The notes beneath the pieces are model-generated. The model ran no database searches and was not told the origin of the DNA. It saw nothing but the letters and a program-made list of their open reading frames with translations. A DNA stretch of 57,551 bases, from IMG/VR virus record IMGVR_UViG_3300020198_000019, positions 1-57,551 of that record. One strand, 5' to 3'. Shown here piece after piece: positions 9,593 to 19,675 of the stretch (position 1 is the first letter of the stretch; each line of letters starts with the position of its first letter). Made by a program: the position numbers and the translations under genes. This DNA comes from a virus (Duplodnaviria; Caudoviricetes).

Positions 9593-11752
9593 ATGGCTGT
9601 GACGTACGAACAAGTCCAACGTTATCTTCTGGGGCCTTTGGTCAGCCAGTGGATAGCGCGCCTCGAGGCGGCTAAGACCGCCAAGAAGCGGTTCACCGCG
9701 TGTGCCAGGCTGTGTCGACAGTTTTACGGCACAGACCCCGGTGCTCAGTGGGGCGACGACGTACGTAACGAGTTCTATCCGCAAGTGCCGAAACCACAGT
9801 TTGCCGTCTCCATCAACAAAGCCTTCGAACTGGTCTCCGTGATCGGCCCGTCGCTGCTGTGGAGATACCCGCGACGGCAAGTGCGGTCGATCCAGCCACC
9901 TTCGCAGGTGGAGATACTGCAAACTGTTTTTGGTGTTCAGGATGAGGCGTTTCTGCAGCAGATGTCCGCCATGGAGCAGACCCAAGCGGCGACCGTAGGT
10001 GTTCGCAACAGATTGCTGGAGCGCGTGCTGAACCACCTCGCCGACAAGCACCCCACAGGCACCTGTTTGGGCGAGGCGCAACTGGTTGTGCAGGACGCCA
10101 TGGTCGCCGGGCTCGGCTTGTTGTGGACTGAAACCTACGTCGACAAGGCGTCTGGCCAACCGATGGTGACCTCGTTTGCTGGGCGTCAGGATGAACTGCT
10201 GGTGGATCCGGATTGCCGGGACGCCACGCGGGCCACGGCTAAATGGATCTCTCGTACGCACGTTGAGCCTGTTTGGGTTGTTGAGCGGAGGTTTGGGTAC
10301 CCACCGGGGTATCTGTCCGGTAAGGGCACGGGAACCAGTAGCGAGTGGGCGTGGCAGGCCAGCCAAACACAGACCGCCCATAAGTATTATCAGGATATGA
10401 TTGAATGGACTGAGATATGGAGCTGTGGCGGAATTGGCGCAAGGGTGCAGGGGATTGACCCTGCGATGGGTGAGGCCCTTGACGCTGTGGCGGGCGAATA
10501 TTGCTACCTCGCGATCTCGAAAAACGTCCCCCACCCGCTGAACCTGCCGCCAACAGTGGTCGAGGAGGCTCCTCCCGACTTGATACGACAGGCTTTGCTG
10601 TGGCGCACGTCACGCTTCGGGGCGGTGTGCGAGTTCTGGAAAGACCGTCGATGGCCGTGCGAGTTCCTGGAATTTTACCCGCTGTCGGGAAGCCCGTGGC
10701 CAATCGCACCTCTGGCCCCGGGGCTGCCGTTTCTGCTCTCTATGAACATTCTGCTGGTCTCGCAACTGCAGATGTCGTACGACCGCCGACGAGACATCAT
10801 CGGCGTTTACGAGCACATGGCGCAGCAGGTTAACGAGGCCTTGAATTCTGAGAGCACCCCGTGCGTCGTAAAACTAACAAGCGCGGCTCAGCAATCAATC
10901 GGCGAGGTGATGCAGTTCCTGCAAAGGCCTCCGGTTCAGGGCGATCTGCTGATGTGGATTCAGTATCTGGACCAACAGTTTCAGAAAGCGACTGGGCTGG
11001 ACGACCTGTCGTACGGGATCAGTCAACGGCAAAGCCGGGTTGTTGCTGATGTGCAGATGCGTCAGCAGAAATCGGCTGTCAGACCGGAGAAGATGTCGTT
11101 AGACGTTGCTGACTTTCTGCGGCGGTCTGCCCAGAAGGAGCTATGGTTGACGGCAATGTATTTACCCGGGGACGCCTTGGTCCCGCTGTTAGGTATGTAC
11201 GGTGCTCAGATCTGGGAGCAACAAATCCGCACGATTCCGTTTGAGGTGATGGTCCGGCAGTTTGACACCGTCGTCGAAGTCACGGAGATGCACCGCCCCG
11301 ACAACGATAAAGAGATCCAAGACCATGAGCGGATCTTGCCGTTCCTGTTGCCGGTGCTGCAGGGATACGCACAATCCACCGGGGACACCGCCCCACTAAA
11401 CGCGCTGTTGCAGCGGTATTTCACCGCAATGCAGCTCACCAACCCGTCAGCGTTTGCGATGCAGGGCTGGTCTCAGCGGCCCGACCCTGCGGCTACGCAA
11501 ATGCAGCAGGCCATGACGCAAGCCCAGCTAGACAGGCTGGCCGCCGAAACCGAAGACACGCGAGCCAAGGCGGTAGCGCGTTTGACAGACGCGCAGTACA
11601 AATCTCAAGGCTCAACCGCTTCGGGTTTGCAACGTTTGCGGTTTGCTGAGCTTGACCACCAACAGCGGATGCGGCAGGCCGACGAGGCCCACCTGCAGAA
11701 CATGCTGATTACCCAAGAACGTTCTGATTTGGAGCAGCAGTATGTCCGGTAA
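9593..11752 (+). CDS. Portal protein
   Basis: 719 aa after TerL; LLVDPD and KATGLDDLSYG motifs; Gln-rich helical C-terminal barrel as in P22-like portals. Confidence 0.75.
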   Translation: MAVTYEQVQRYLLGPLVSQWIARLEAAKTAKKRFTACARLCRQFYGTDPGAQWGDDVRNEFYPQVPKPQFAVSINKAFELVSVIGPSLLWRYPRRQVRSIQPPSQVEILQTVFGVQDEAFLQQMSAMEQTQAATVGVRNRLLERVLNHLADKHPTGTCLGEAQLVVQDAMVAGLGLLWTETYVDKASGQPMVTSFAGRQDELLVDPDCRDATRATAKWISRTHVEPVWVVERRFGYPPGYLSGKGTGTSSEWAWQASQTQTAHKYYQDMIEWTEIWSCGGIGARVQGIDPAMGEALDAVAGEYCYLAISKNVPHPLNLPPTVVEEAPPDLIRQALLWRTSRFGAVCEFWKDRRWPCEFLEFYPLSGSPWPIAPLAPGLPFLLSMNILLVSQLQMSYDRRRDIIGVYEHMAQQVNEALNSESTPCVVKLTSAAQQSIGEVMQFLQRPPVQGDLLMWIQYLDQQFQKATGLDDLSYGISQRQSRVVADVQMRQQKSAVRPEKMSLDVADFLRRSAQKELWLTAMYLPGDALVPLLGMYGAQIWEQQIRTIPFEVMVRQFDTVVEVTEMHRPDNDKEIQDHERILPFLLPVLQGYAQSTGDTAPLNALLQRYFTAMQLTNPSAFAMQGWSQRPDPAATQMQQAMTQAQLDRLAAETEDTRAKAVARLTDAQYKSQGSTASGLQRLRFAELDHQQRMRQADEAHLQNMLITQERSDLEQQYVR

Positions 11753-12389
11753 ACCTCCCGAACGGTACCCCAACCGCAGAGACCAAAGCGACTTTGAGGC
11801 TGTTTGGCACAAAGGCCCCACCGCTGTGGCGTTTTTTGAGCAGATTGTCGGCGCAGAAGGCGTGCGTATGGCGGCAATGCTGGCGTCTCGGTCTGCCCCT
11901 ACGTCCGGTGTCGATGACCGCATGGTGATGGCTAACAGCGGCAGTGTTGAGGAAACGTTCCGGGGAAGCCCGGAGATGTTGAACCTGTATCGAGCCCAGT
12001 ATCGACGGGAGACCGGTGAGGATCTGCCGGCAGACGCGGTGGTGTACCGCGGAATCGTGTCTTACCCTGGAGAGAGCGGGGCGATCGTGACGCACAAGCG
12101 GAGTCTGCAGGAAGTCAAAGAGTATTTGAAAGCCCGTGGCCGGGACGTGCATGGGGATTGGGACGTGACTGGGGATCAAGTTGCTGCAACTCCGCAGGTT
12201 GTGCGAATGGGTCCCGACATTATGAGTAGGTACAAGGCGGAGTACCGGGCCGAGGGTGGGTGGGAGAATGCGACTGACAGAGACCTTGAGGAAGAGATCT
12301 TGCACAAGCACGCCCCGGTTGTGACTGCGGATGACGTACATAACGCACCTGCCACGCTGGACGAATGTGCTAACTTGATGATGCGATGA
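11742..12389 (+). CDS. Hypothetical phage protein
   Basis: Overlap-coupled to the portal gene; GGAG upstream. Confidence 0.65.
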   Translation: MSGKPPERYPNRRDQSDFEAVWHKGPTAVAFFEQIVGAEGVRMAAMLASRSAPTSGVDDRMVMANSGSVEETFRGSPEMLNLYRAQYRRETGEDLPADAVVYRGIVSYPGESGAIVTHKRSLQEVKEYLKARGRDVHGDWDVTGDQVAATPQVVRMGPDIMSRYKAEYRAEGGWENATDRDLEEEILHKHAPVVTADDVHNAPATLDECANLMMR

Positions 12390-12396
12390 GGTCTTG

Positions 12397-13557
12397 ATGT
12401 TTACGTACGCCGACGCCATGAGCTTTCTTGCCACGCAACTGGATACAGTGTTGTCCGGTTCGCTCGAACAGCGCGTACGCAACGCGGTTAATTCCGGGTG
12501 GAACAGGCTGCACTCGTTGGCGACGTGGGTGTACTTCCAGCGGTCCGGTGTTTTGCGGGTATCTCCGGGGCAGCGGACAGGCACGGCATCCTTCTCAGCC
12601 TCCACAGGTATTGTGACGCTGACGGGCTCTGTGTTTCCCGCTACGGTGACGGAACAACACCTGCTGATCGATCGGACATGGTATCCTGTTTTCCGGCGGG
12701 TCAGTGACACCCAAGTCGAATTGTTTCCTGAGACAAGGCCGACGCTGGACCTGACAGACGTCGCCTATGTGCTGCAGAAAGTGCTGCACCCGCTGCCCGC
12801 AGAAGTTAGTGACGTGTTGGTGGTGTATGAGAGTCAGCAAAACATCCGGATGTGGCGAGTCAACCCGATGACGGCCTACCAGATTCAAGAAGGTTTTTCT
12901 TGGTCGCCGGCACTGCCGACACAGTATAGCATTTTTGTAGACCCTCGCAGCCCGGGGCGGTGGTGTCTGTGGCTACCGTTCGAGGTAATGCTAGCTACAG
13001 AGCTGGCGTACATGTACCAAAGCCGTCGCCCGGCCAACACCCTCGTGCGGGAGGCGAGGGGTACCGTCACTGTAGTAAACGGGGTGGCGACATTCAGCGA
13101 GCCCGTTGTGACTCCCGCCTTTGTCGGGGCCGTACTCCGTTTGTCGGCCAGCGAAACAGTTCCTCCTGTTGGGCCGTACGGGGATTTTGCGCAGGACCCG
13201 AGTGTTGCGGAGACGGTCGTAGAGGAGACTTTGGTTACCGCGTACATCAGCGCGACGCAGGTGCGGGTTGCAAACGTTTCTGCGGCGGCAACATCGGTTT
13301 CGTTTTGTGCGTCCACCCATATAGACGTAGGTGGGGGCGCAATGCTGAACCTGTTCTTGCGACTGGTCGAGGATGAGTATGGCACAAGACCGGTCGGGAA
13401 CCACAATGAAAAGTTGGTGACTAAATCGGCGTTGGCAGACGCGGTTCGGGAGGCTATGGCCGCGGATGGCCGAGCAGTGGTCAACATGCGGGACGAATTG
13501 AAATACTGGTATGGACTGCGTCTCAAGGACATAGGCTATGTCAGCTCCGGAAGCTAA
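12397..13557 (+). CDS. Putative head-tail adaptor/neck protein
   Basis: N-terminal helical pattern (TYADAMSFL...VRNAVNSGWNRL...W) typical of adaptors; position. Confidence 0.55.
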   Translation: MFTYADAMSFLATQLDTVLSGSLEQRVRNAVNSGWNRLHSLATWVYFQRSGVLRVSPGQRTGTASFSASTGIVTLTGSVFPATVTEQHLLIDRTWYPVFRRVSDTQVELFPETRPTLDLTDVAYVLQKVLHPLPAEVSDVLVVYESQQNIRMWRVNPMTAYQIQEGFSWSPALPTQYSIFVDPRSPGRWCLWLPFEVMLATELAYMYQSRRPANTLVREARGTVTVVNGVATFSEPVVTPAFVGAVLRLSASETVPPVGPYGDFAQDPSVAETVVEETLVTAYISATQVRVANVSAAATSVSFCASTHIDVGGGAMLNLFLRLVEDEYGTRPVGNHNEKLVTKSALADAVREAMAADGRAVVNMRDELKYWYGLRLKDIGYVSSGS

Positions 13558-14074
13558 AATAGCAAAGCGCACCGTAACGCTTTTGCAGGAGCTTGCTGCT
13601 CAGAACGTGTTTACTCCGCAGGCCGGGGAGAGATGCCGGCGTGTTCTCCCGTCCGCGATTCGGCAGATCCGGGTGCTCGAAGGATCGGAAAACATCCGTA
13701 CTGCAGTGGGTTTTGCAAACCTCCCGCTGCCGGCCATGCTTGTTTGTGCCATGCCTGTTGAGACCGCCTCCCCTATGGGGGTCAGTTTAGCGGACGACGA
13801 AGTCGTCCGGATAGCAATACAGGTTGTCGAGAACACCCCGCAAGATGCGAGCACCGGAATCGCCACGTACGCGTATTGGATGTCAGAAATACGCAAGAGA
13901 CTGCTCGCGGTACCAAACCCTTTCTTGCAAGACACCACGGCGTCAGAGTATGATCCGTACGTTGTCTACGTAGTCAAGCGGTTGTCTGCCGACGCAGCGG
14001 CAAAACTACGACACAATCAATCTGTGGGGCTGCTGGTGTTTCAGGTAATGGTTCGACACCCGCGAGGAGTGTAA
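13538..14074 (+). CDS. Putative tail completion/terminator protein
   Basis: 178 aa directly upstream of the tube-like gene. Confidence 0.45.
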   Translation: MSAPEAKIAKRTVTLLQELAAQNVFTPQAGERCRRVLPSAIRQIRVLEGSENIRTAVGFANLPLPAMLVCAMPVETASPMGVSLADDEVVRIAIQVVENTPQDASTGIATYAYWMSEIRKRLLAVPNPFLQDTTASEYDPYVVYVVKRLSADAAAKLRHNQSVGLLVFQVMVRHPRGV

Positions 14075-14076
14075 CA

Positions 14077-14958
14077 ATGGCAGTATCTACAGGCGTCAGC
14101 TCACAGGTTTCAATCGGCGGCAGCGCGTTTTGCTTTGCATCTTTCCAAGACGGCAGCACGGTCGAGCGGGTATTCAACCCAAACGCTATTTGCGGTAGCC
14201 GCGACCCGATAATCCAGCGAGTAGTCGCAGGCCGCAAGACCATACAGTTCCAGTTGACCCACGACGCGACGCGACCGATTCTGGATATTTTACTCGGGCT
14301 GTGCGGTGCGACCCGTACCGGCAGTGGGACCACGCAGGCTCCATGGGTGTACACGGCAAACGAGGCGGTCAGCACAACAGAGATAATCGTAAACAAGGTC
14401 GGCCAAAAACACCGGTACACGTTGTGCCGCCTCGCTCGGTTGGTGCTGCGAGGACAAGTCGGGACGCAACCGATTCAAGCGGAGAGCACGTGGGTCGCAG
14501 CCGACGAGATTGAGTCCCCAGCGTCGGAGTTTACCGCAGGGACGGTGGACAATCTGATTGCCTTCAACGGCAGTTCTGTGACTATCGGCGGCGTTGCGGT
14601 TGACCACGATAGGTACGCGATCGTGATCGACAACAAACTGGTGCCTAGTTGGAACGCCAGCGCCACTGTGACTGACGTTGGTCCTGGGCCGCGGCAGGTC
14701 CTGCTCGCCTTTGCCTGCCCATACATTGCGGCGAACAAGGATCAGTATTGGACAAACTTGGCAGTAACTCCTCGTGCGCTGGTACATACGATTTCAAACG
14801 GAAACGACACGCTCACGTTCGACATGGGTTATGGCGTCCTTGTACCGAAAAGCCCGGACATCCTAGGTGCGTCCGAAGAGATTCGATTGCAGCAGACGTG
14901 GGAGGCATACCGTGATGGTGCCAACCCCGCATTTACATTTTCTCTGAGTGGAACCTGA
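14077..14958 (+). CDS. Putative tail tube protein
   Basis: Beta-rich 293 aa; ICGSRDP...VAGRK and IDNKL patterns seen in tail tubes; AGGAG RBS. Confidence 0.65.
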   Translation: MAVSTGVSSQVSIGGSAFCFASFQDGSTVERVFNPNAICGSRDPIIQRVVAGRKTIQFQLTHDATRPILDILLGLCGATRTGSGTTQAPWVYTANEAVSTTEIIVNKVGQKHRYTLCRLARLVLRGQVGTQPIQAESTWVAADEIESPASEFTAGTVDNLIAFNGSSVTIGGVAVDHDRYAIVIDNKLVPSWNASATVTDVGPGPRQVLLAFACPYIAANKDQYWTNLAVTPRALVHTISNGNDTLTFDMGYGVLVPKSPDILGASEEIRLQQTWEAYRDGANPAFTFSLSGT

Positions 14959-14960
14959 CA

Positions 14961-15884
14961 ATGTTAATCCCCCCGGATTTGGATGACGGTTTAACTGTGG
15001 CGGTGAGCATACCACCACAGGCCCCCACGTACTGCTCCGTCCTGTACGTCAGGTCTGCGATAGGCCTCGCTGAACCGACCGAAGCGTCTAGGCTGTACCT
15101 ACAACAGCGCGGTTTGGGAGGAGGGGGAGACGATGATTTTCCACTACTGTCCCGGCTGTTTCGACCACCGTTCGTGTTTGCGGATATATCTGGGAGTAGC
15201 CAGATGAAGCAGTATACGCCGGCGATCTCGCAGCCCGGGTACTTGCATAAAGTGCTGACAGGGTTGTTGGCTGCTTTTGGTACCCAGCCGCTGCGGAACG
15301 TGCTTCAAGCATTAGCAGGCCCAACGATCTCGCCGGAGGTTGTGCAAAGCCACGCACGGCTCCAGGTCTTATACCCGAAGGCCAGCACGTTCGACTGTGC
15401 CTTGTGCATGAAATACTCCGTCAACGTGGAGCCGGAGGTCTTCGAACTCGAGCGAGATCACTCAGGACAGCTTCGGCTGCTGGCTGAAAACGCCAAGCCT
15501 CTCTGTGATTTGCGCCATGGGCGGTGCGTGAAAGGACACCACACCAATCCGTTAGGCGTATTGCACCGCGTTTTCGGCAAGATCTGGCAACACTACTGGA
15601 CGTACCGAACGTCAGGCAGTAGACTGAGCGACATCACCGGCCCTTGTCCCCGGCACGCCCTTCACCGCGCTGTTATTGACCATGTGGTGACTTATGGACC
15701 CCACGATCGACGATTTGATCCGCTTGCTGGCCGAGGCACCCCCGGAAGAGAGAGTGTTGCCGGACCCGGTGGGCCTGATGCAGGCGTCGCAATTTCTTCG
15801 GAGCACACAGCCCGATCAAAATGCGTCTTCTGCGGGTCCAGCCAGTGCCGAGAGGCTGAGTGCCGAGCCGTCGCAACGGGGTGA
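14961..15884 (+). CDS. Hypothetical protein with Cys/His cluster (possible tail assembly chaperone)
   Basis: Follows the tail tube gene; CALC...CDLRHGRCVKGH; 3' end overlaps the next ORF. Confidence 0.5.
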   Translation: MLIPPDLDDGLTVAVSIPPQAPTYCSVLYVRSAIGLAEPTEASRLYLQQRGLGGGGDDDFPLLSRLFRPPFVFADISGSSQMKQYTPAISQPGYLHKVLTGLLAAFGTQPLRNVLQALAGPTISPEVVQSHARLQVLYPKASTFDCALCMKYSVNVEPEVFELERDHSGQLRLLAENAKPLCDLRHGRCVKGHHTNPLGVLHRVFGKIWQHYWTYRTSGSRLSDITGPCPRHALHRAVIDHVVTYGPHDRRFDPLAGRGTPGRESVAGPGGPDAGVAISSEHTARSKCVFCGSSQCREAECRAVATG

Positions 15885-16650
15885 GACGGCTTCTGCCCCC
15901 GCGGCGGTGGCAGAGAGGCAGACATCTACATCGAGTGCAGCAACGCCCGCCCCTGCCGGGGAACTCCTTGGGACGTCGGCGTCTGTAATACCCGGCACCC
16001 GCGTGGTGGGTGCGGCTGCCGGGCCGAGCGAACGTGGCGGTGTGTCTGGTGAGCCTGCTGTACCGACACCGCCACGCTTTGCCTCAGCACAACAGGCCGG
16101 GTTTAGCAGGCACGACTGGTTTTCGGAAGAGCCCGCCAACCCCCGCCCGAGATCACAGGAAATTGGCTCCGCGGCGGATCCCGCCGCTAACCGTTTGGTG
16201 GATGCGGTGCCGGCCAACCCAGTGTGGCGTGAAGACTTTGCAGGTACGGCAGCCGAGGCTTTGCGGCGGGCGGAGTCGCAATACCCCGGCGCGCAGGTGG
16301 TGTCTCCAGAGTACATGGCGGGGCAGCAAGCTGTTGCGGAGTTAGCCCGGCAGCAAACGGGGCGGCCAGCGGACCTTACGGACAACCCCGTGTTTGTGAG
16401 CGCGCAGGTGACACCGACCCACCGCGTCGAGTTTGTGGTGCCCGCAGCAATGCCGGTTGATCCGGTCCAGTTATTTGCTGCCGCGGATAGGTATACCATG
16501 CAGACCGCCCCGGCAGCGGCACCGTCTCCACCCTACCGGGATTTGTTTACCGGCACCATTAACGCTCGGGTGCAGCCCACCGCAGAGACGGCGGTTCAGC
16601 ATTTTTCGAATCAACAGCCTCCGGAGTATGTGGATCGGAGGAGCCTGTGA
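15694..16650 (+). CDS. Low-complexity tail-region protein (occupies the tape-measure slot)
   Basis: Ala/Pro-rich 318 aa; GTGA-coupled to the next gene. Confidence 0.55.
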   Translation: MDPTIDDLIRLLAEAPPEERVLPDPVGLMQASQFLRSTQPDQNASSAGPASAERLSAEPSQRGETASAPAAVAERQTSTSSAATPAPAGELLGTSASVIPGTRVVGAAAGPSERGGVSGEPAVPTPPRFASAQQAGFSRHDWFSEEPANPRPRSQEIGSAADPAANRLVDAVPANPVWREDFAGTAAEALRRAESQYPGAQVVSPEYMAGQQAVAELARQQTGRPADLTDNPVFVSAQVTPTHRVEFVVPAAMPVDPVQLFAAADRYTMQTAPAAAPSPPYRDLFTGTINARVQPTAETAVQHFSNQQPPEYVDRRSL

Positions 16651-17399
16651 TATTCAAATACGGTAACTACGCGCACGATAACTGCGAGTGCGGGTTGCGG
16701 GTTGCGGCTTCCGCGATTATGGACCAGTACCGTCGTCGGATCGGCACGGTATTTGAGTACACCGTGGTTGGCGTAAAGATCGTGCCCGACAACCCGAACC
16801 CGGTAACGACAAAGGCTGCTCTCACTGCAGCCTTGCAGGCTATGGAGTCCGCCTATTCGGCGGACAACCTAAACTGCGGGCTGTACCTTCCGGACGGAAC
16901 AACCCCGACAGCCCACACGCTGGTGTCGGCAAACACTTTCGGCGGCGTGAAGGTGATGCAACCACCAACCTACATTGATGGGCCTTGGACGGGGCAGATC
17001 GAGTACCTGAATCGACGAACGTACTCGATCGTGCTTCGTGCCGAGGTGCGTACAGGGTCCGGGTACTACGGGTACAAAGAGCGGCTTACGGTACGCGGGA
17101 ACGGCGGTGTCAAGTGGCGGTACTCTCCTCGCGAAATCGGCGACGCGCAAAAGCAGGATCTGCAAAGCACCACCACAATCATGTACGTGCAGGAGGGTCA
17201 GGCGATTGGACGCCAAGCCTATCCGGCAGTGCCTGCCCCTGTGTTTCCGCTGTACGAGCACGGTGAGATGCGGGAGTTAGCGTATGATTCTCCGCAGGAC
17301 CTGAACGCCAGCGGTAACCCCGAAATGTACCCCATCAGTTGGCGGTACGTGATGGAGGCTACCGCCAGTCAATCCTTCTTGGGTTTCACCCCTCCGTGA
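16647..17399 (+). CDS. Putative distal tail/baseplate protein
   Basis: Beta-rich; located in the tail operon. Confidence 0.55.
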   Translation: MIFKYGNYAHDNCECGLRVAASAIMDQYRRRIGTVFEYTVVGVKIVPDNPNPVTTKAALTAALQAMESAYSADNLNCGLYLPDGTTPTAHTLVSANTFGGVKVMQPPTYIDGPWTGQIEYLNRRTYSIVLRAEVRTGSGYYGYKERLTVRGNGGVKWRYSPREIGDAQKQDLQSTTTIMYVQEGQAIGRQAYPAVPAPVFPLYEHGEMRELAYDSPQDLNASGNPEMYPISWRYVMEATASQSFLGFTPP

Positions 17400-17406
17400 G
17401 GTACAC

Positions 17407-19047
17407 ATGCCCTGGTCGTTCCCCGGCATCTCGTACCCTGCACAGATGCTGTACACACAACATGCAGGATTCGACGCGGACAAGGTTCAACTCCGCGCGT
17501 TGCCGCAGCCGACAAATTTCCCCACGTCAGGCACCTTAACCTTGGTGTGGGGTGCCACCACAATCACGCTACCGAATTGCGTTGTTGACGCCGGTACTTT
17601 CCGACTCACCGCCGATGGTAAGTTCTTGGACGTGATCTTGCTGGACAGGCGGGACCATTGGACACGCACGGCGACTATCAGTGCCGATTACAACCTGATG
17701 TTCGGCGGAACACGCGTAGCAGCTACGCAAAAGAATTTGCGACAGATCGCCCAAATACTTTTCGCGGCCATGGGTGAACCCTCCGCCAACGTGTCTGTTT
17801 TACCGACGAATGTTTACCCACGGGTTACGTTGAAGCAGGAGCAGCCTGTTGTCCACTTGCGAAAACTGTTGGAGGACCGAGGGTACACGGTCGTTCTTGG
17901 TTTTGATAACGAGCCGGTCAAAGTCGTTCGGCTTGGTCAGGGTGCGTCTTTGCCGACAACCGATGCGTTTTTGCGGACCGAGGGTTTGGACCCGAAGGTC
18001 GCCCCGAGATACGTGAGAACATTTTTTAAGGAGACGGTGCTGCAGTGCCGCTTGGCGCTGGAGGCGGTTGGGTTGGACACGGACGGGACGTGGAAACCAA
18101 TAGACAGCCTGTCGTACGCACCCGCCGGCGGGTGGGGTGGGGTGCAACCTTACTCGCTACAAGATGACGACAACACTATGTCGCGACCGGAGGAGGCTGG
18201 TTTTGTACGCCGCGCGTACAGAATCAAGGGGTTTGTCAACGACACCGCGGAACCCGCAAGTTGGTTGCTGCCGTACTTTGGCACTACCGTTCCCGGATTG
18301 GACTACATCCTGCCAATTGAGCAAGGGTTGTTGGAGAAGCAGACAATCCGCACATGGGACAACCGCGGGTGGCCCCGGGTATATGGTAAGTACACAAAAC
18401 GTTTGTGGACGCAGGACAGTACGCTTGACCCAAACCAAACCGTAAACACGGCGGTGACAGATAAGTATTCAGATTTCTTCCGGCTTGAGCATGAGTACGG
18501 CTTAGTGATATTCAACGAGCCGGTGTACTTATTCGAGGCGAACTACTACAAGCAGGCAGAACTGTATTTGGAGGCGACCGTACTGATAAGAGACCCGACG
18601 ACTTTTGCGAGGTACCAACACACAATCGACGTGGATGTCTACCCGCAGGGGAGTGGGTACGTGAACATCCCGGGCGACAACCGTCTGGAAGTCATAACTA
18701 CGTACTCTGGAAACCACGCAATCTCCGGAAACACCACAAACATTGCGGATTTGCAAACAGCGGCAGACACCAACGCAACATCCGCAGCAGGATTGTATAA
18801 CACAGACGCCACGCAAATGATCGTGTATAGCCAACCACAACTCGACCTCCGGTGCGACGGCTCTATACTGCAGGTGCAGCACGTGCTCACGTGCGGAGAG
18901 TTCGAGCATCAGCTCGACCGAACAGTGGCGTCAAAAAATTGGGAATTCGACCGGGGCATACCGACCAGACGAGAACGTCGTGTGGCGGCAAGGGCGGATT
19001 TCTCCAACACTGCTATCGCGTCAGAGAGGGTTGTTGTCGATGGATAA
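17407..19047 (+). CDS. Putative baseplate hub/tail tip protein
   Basis: 546 aa, GAGG RBS, tail operon position. Confidence 0.55.
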   Translation: MPWSFPGISYPAQMLYTQHAGFDADKVQLRALPQPTNFPTSGTLTLVWGATTITLPNCVVDAGTFRLTADGKFLDVILLDRRDHWTRTATISADYNLMFGGTRVAATQKNLRQIAQILFAAMGEPSANVSVLPTNVYPRVTLKQEQPVVHLRKLLEDRGYTVVLGFDNEPVKVVRLGQGASLPTTDAFLRTEGLDPKVAPRYVRTFFKETVLQCRLALEAVGLDTDGTWKPIDSLSYAPAGGWGGVQPYSLQDDDNTMSRPEEAGFVRRAYRIKGFVNDTAEPASWLLPYFGTTVPGLDYILPIEQGLLEKQTIRTWDNRGWPRVYGKYTKRLWTQDSTLDPNQTVNTAVTDKYSDFFRLEHEYGLVIFNEPVYLFEANYYKQAELYLEATVLIRDPTTFARYQHTIDVDVYPQGSGYVNIPGDNRLEVITTYSGNHAISGNTTNIADLQTAADTNATSAAGLYNTDATQMIVYSQPQLDLRCDGSILQVQHVLTCGEFEHQLDRTVASKNWEFDRGIPTRRERRVAARADFSNTAIASERVVVDG

Positions 19048-19672
19048 CACCGTTTCCACATCACGCCCTCGCGCTGCTACGGAGTACGCCATTCGGTTCT
19101 GGAACCGATCGGGTGAAACAATACCTCCGCACGGGGTTGTTAGCCTGCGAGAGAACGGCACAAACGGAATCTCTCGCGGTAGAAAACCGATCGCGGGGTC
19201 TTCCTTACACTTGGTGAACGGCCCGCGAGAAGTGGCCGCCAACAAGTACGGGGAGCTGTTTTTGTGGAACACCCCGAGGCGGGTAAAAATTATCGGAGCC
19301 CCTGACGTAGGCTCGCTTGTTGGCCCTATTCCGGGGTCTTGGGGGGTGGGCCGGGGCGGTGGCGGATTCCGTGTTTTGTTCCAGCCGGCAGCGGCGAACA
19401 CTACCGCGGTTGTCATATTCACCGGCGAAGCGACCCCGCGTTTTTTGGCAAAATTGGATGGCAACCTGCCGGCAGCGGCAAATCCGGCAACGACGCCCGG
19501 GACAGCAGTGGCTTCCGTGTGGCGAAGAACGCCGGGAGGCATCTTCGAAGACAGTGGAGATAACGTCAACGTCGTCAACCGGATGAGAAACATATCTGTT
19601 ATCTCCGGCGCGTGGGTCGAAGTCCACGAGGTTGACGGGGAGTTTCGATTGTACGTAGCGGATTGTGGGTGA
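19040..19672 (+). CDS. Tail-associated hypothetical protein
   Basis: ATG at 19040 overlaps the previous stop; ends in C-G, and the next gene begins with a Cys-rich motif. Confidence 0.6.
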   Translation: MDNTVSTSRPRAATEYAIRFWNRSGETIPPHGVVSLRENGTNGISRGRKPIAGSSLHLVNGPREVAANKYGELFLWNTPRRVKIIGAPDVGSLVGPIPGSWGVGRGGGGFRVLFQPAAANTTAVVIFTGEATPRFLAKLDGNLPAAANPATTPGTAVASVWRRTPGGIFEDSGDNVNVVNRMRNISVISGAWVEVHEVDGEFRLYVADCG

Positions 19673-19675
19673 GCC

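Noticed and set aside
15694-15884. Programmed tail-chaperone frameshift at the 191-bp ORF overlap
   Set aside because: No clear slippery heptamer identified; the overlap could be a simple stop-codon loss
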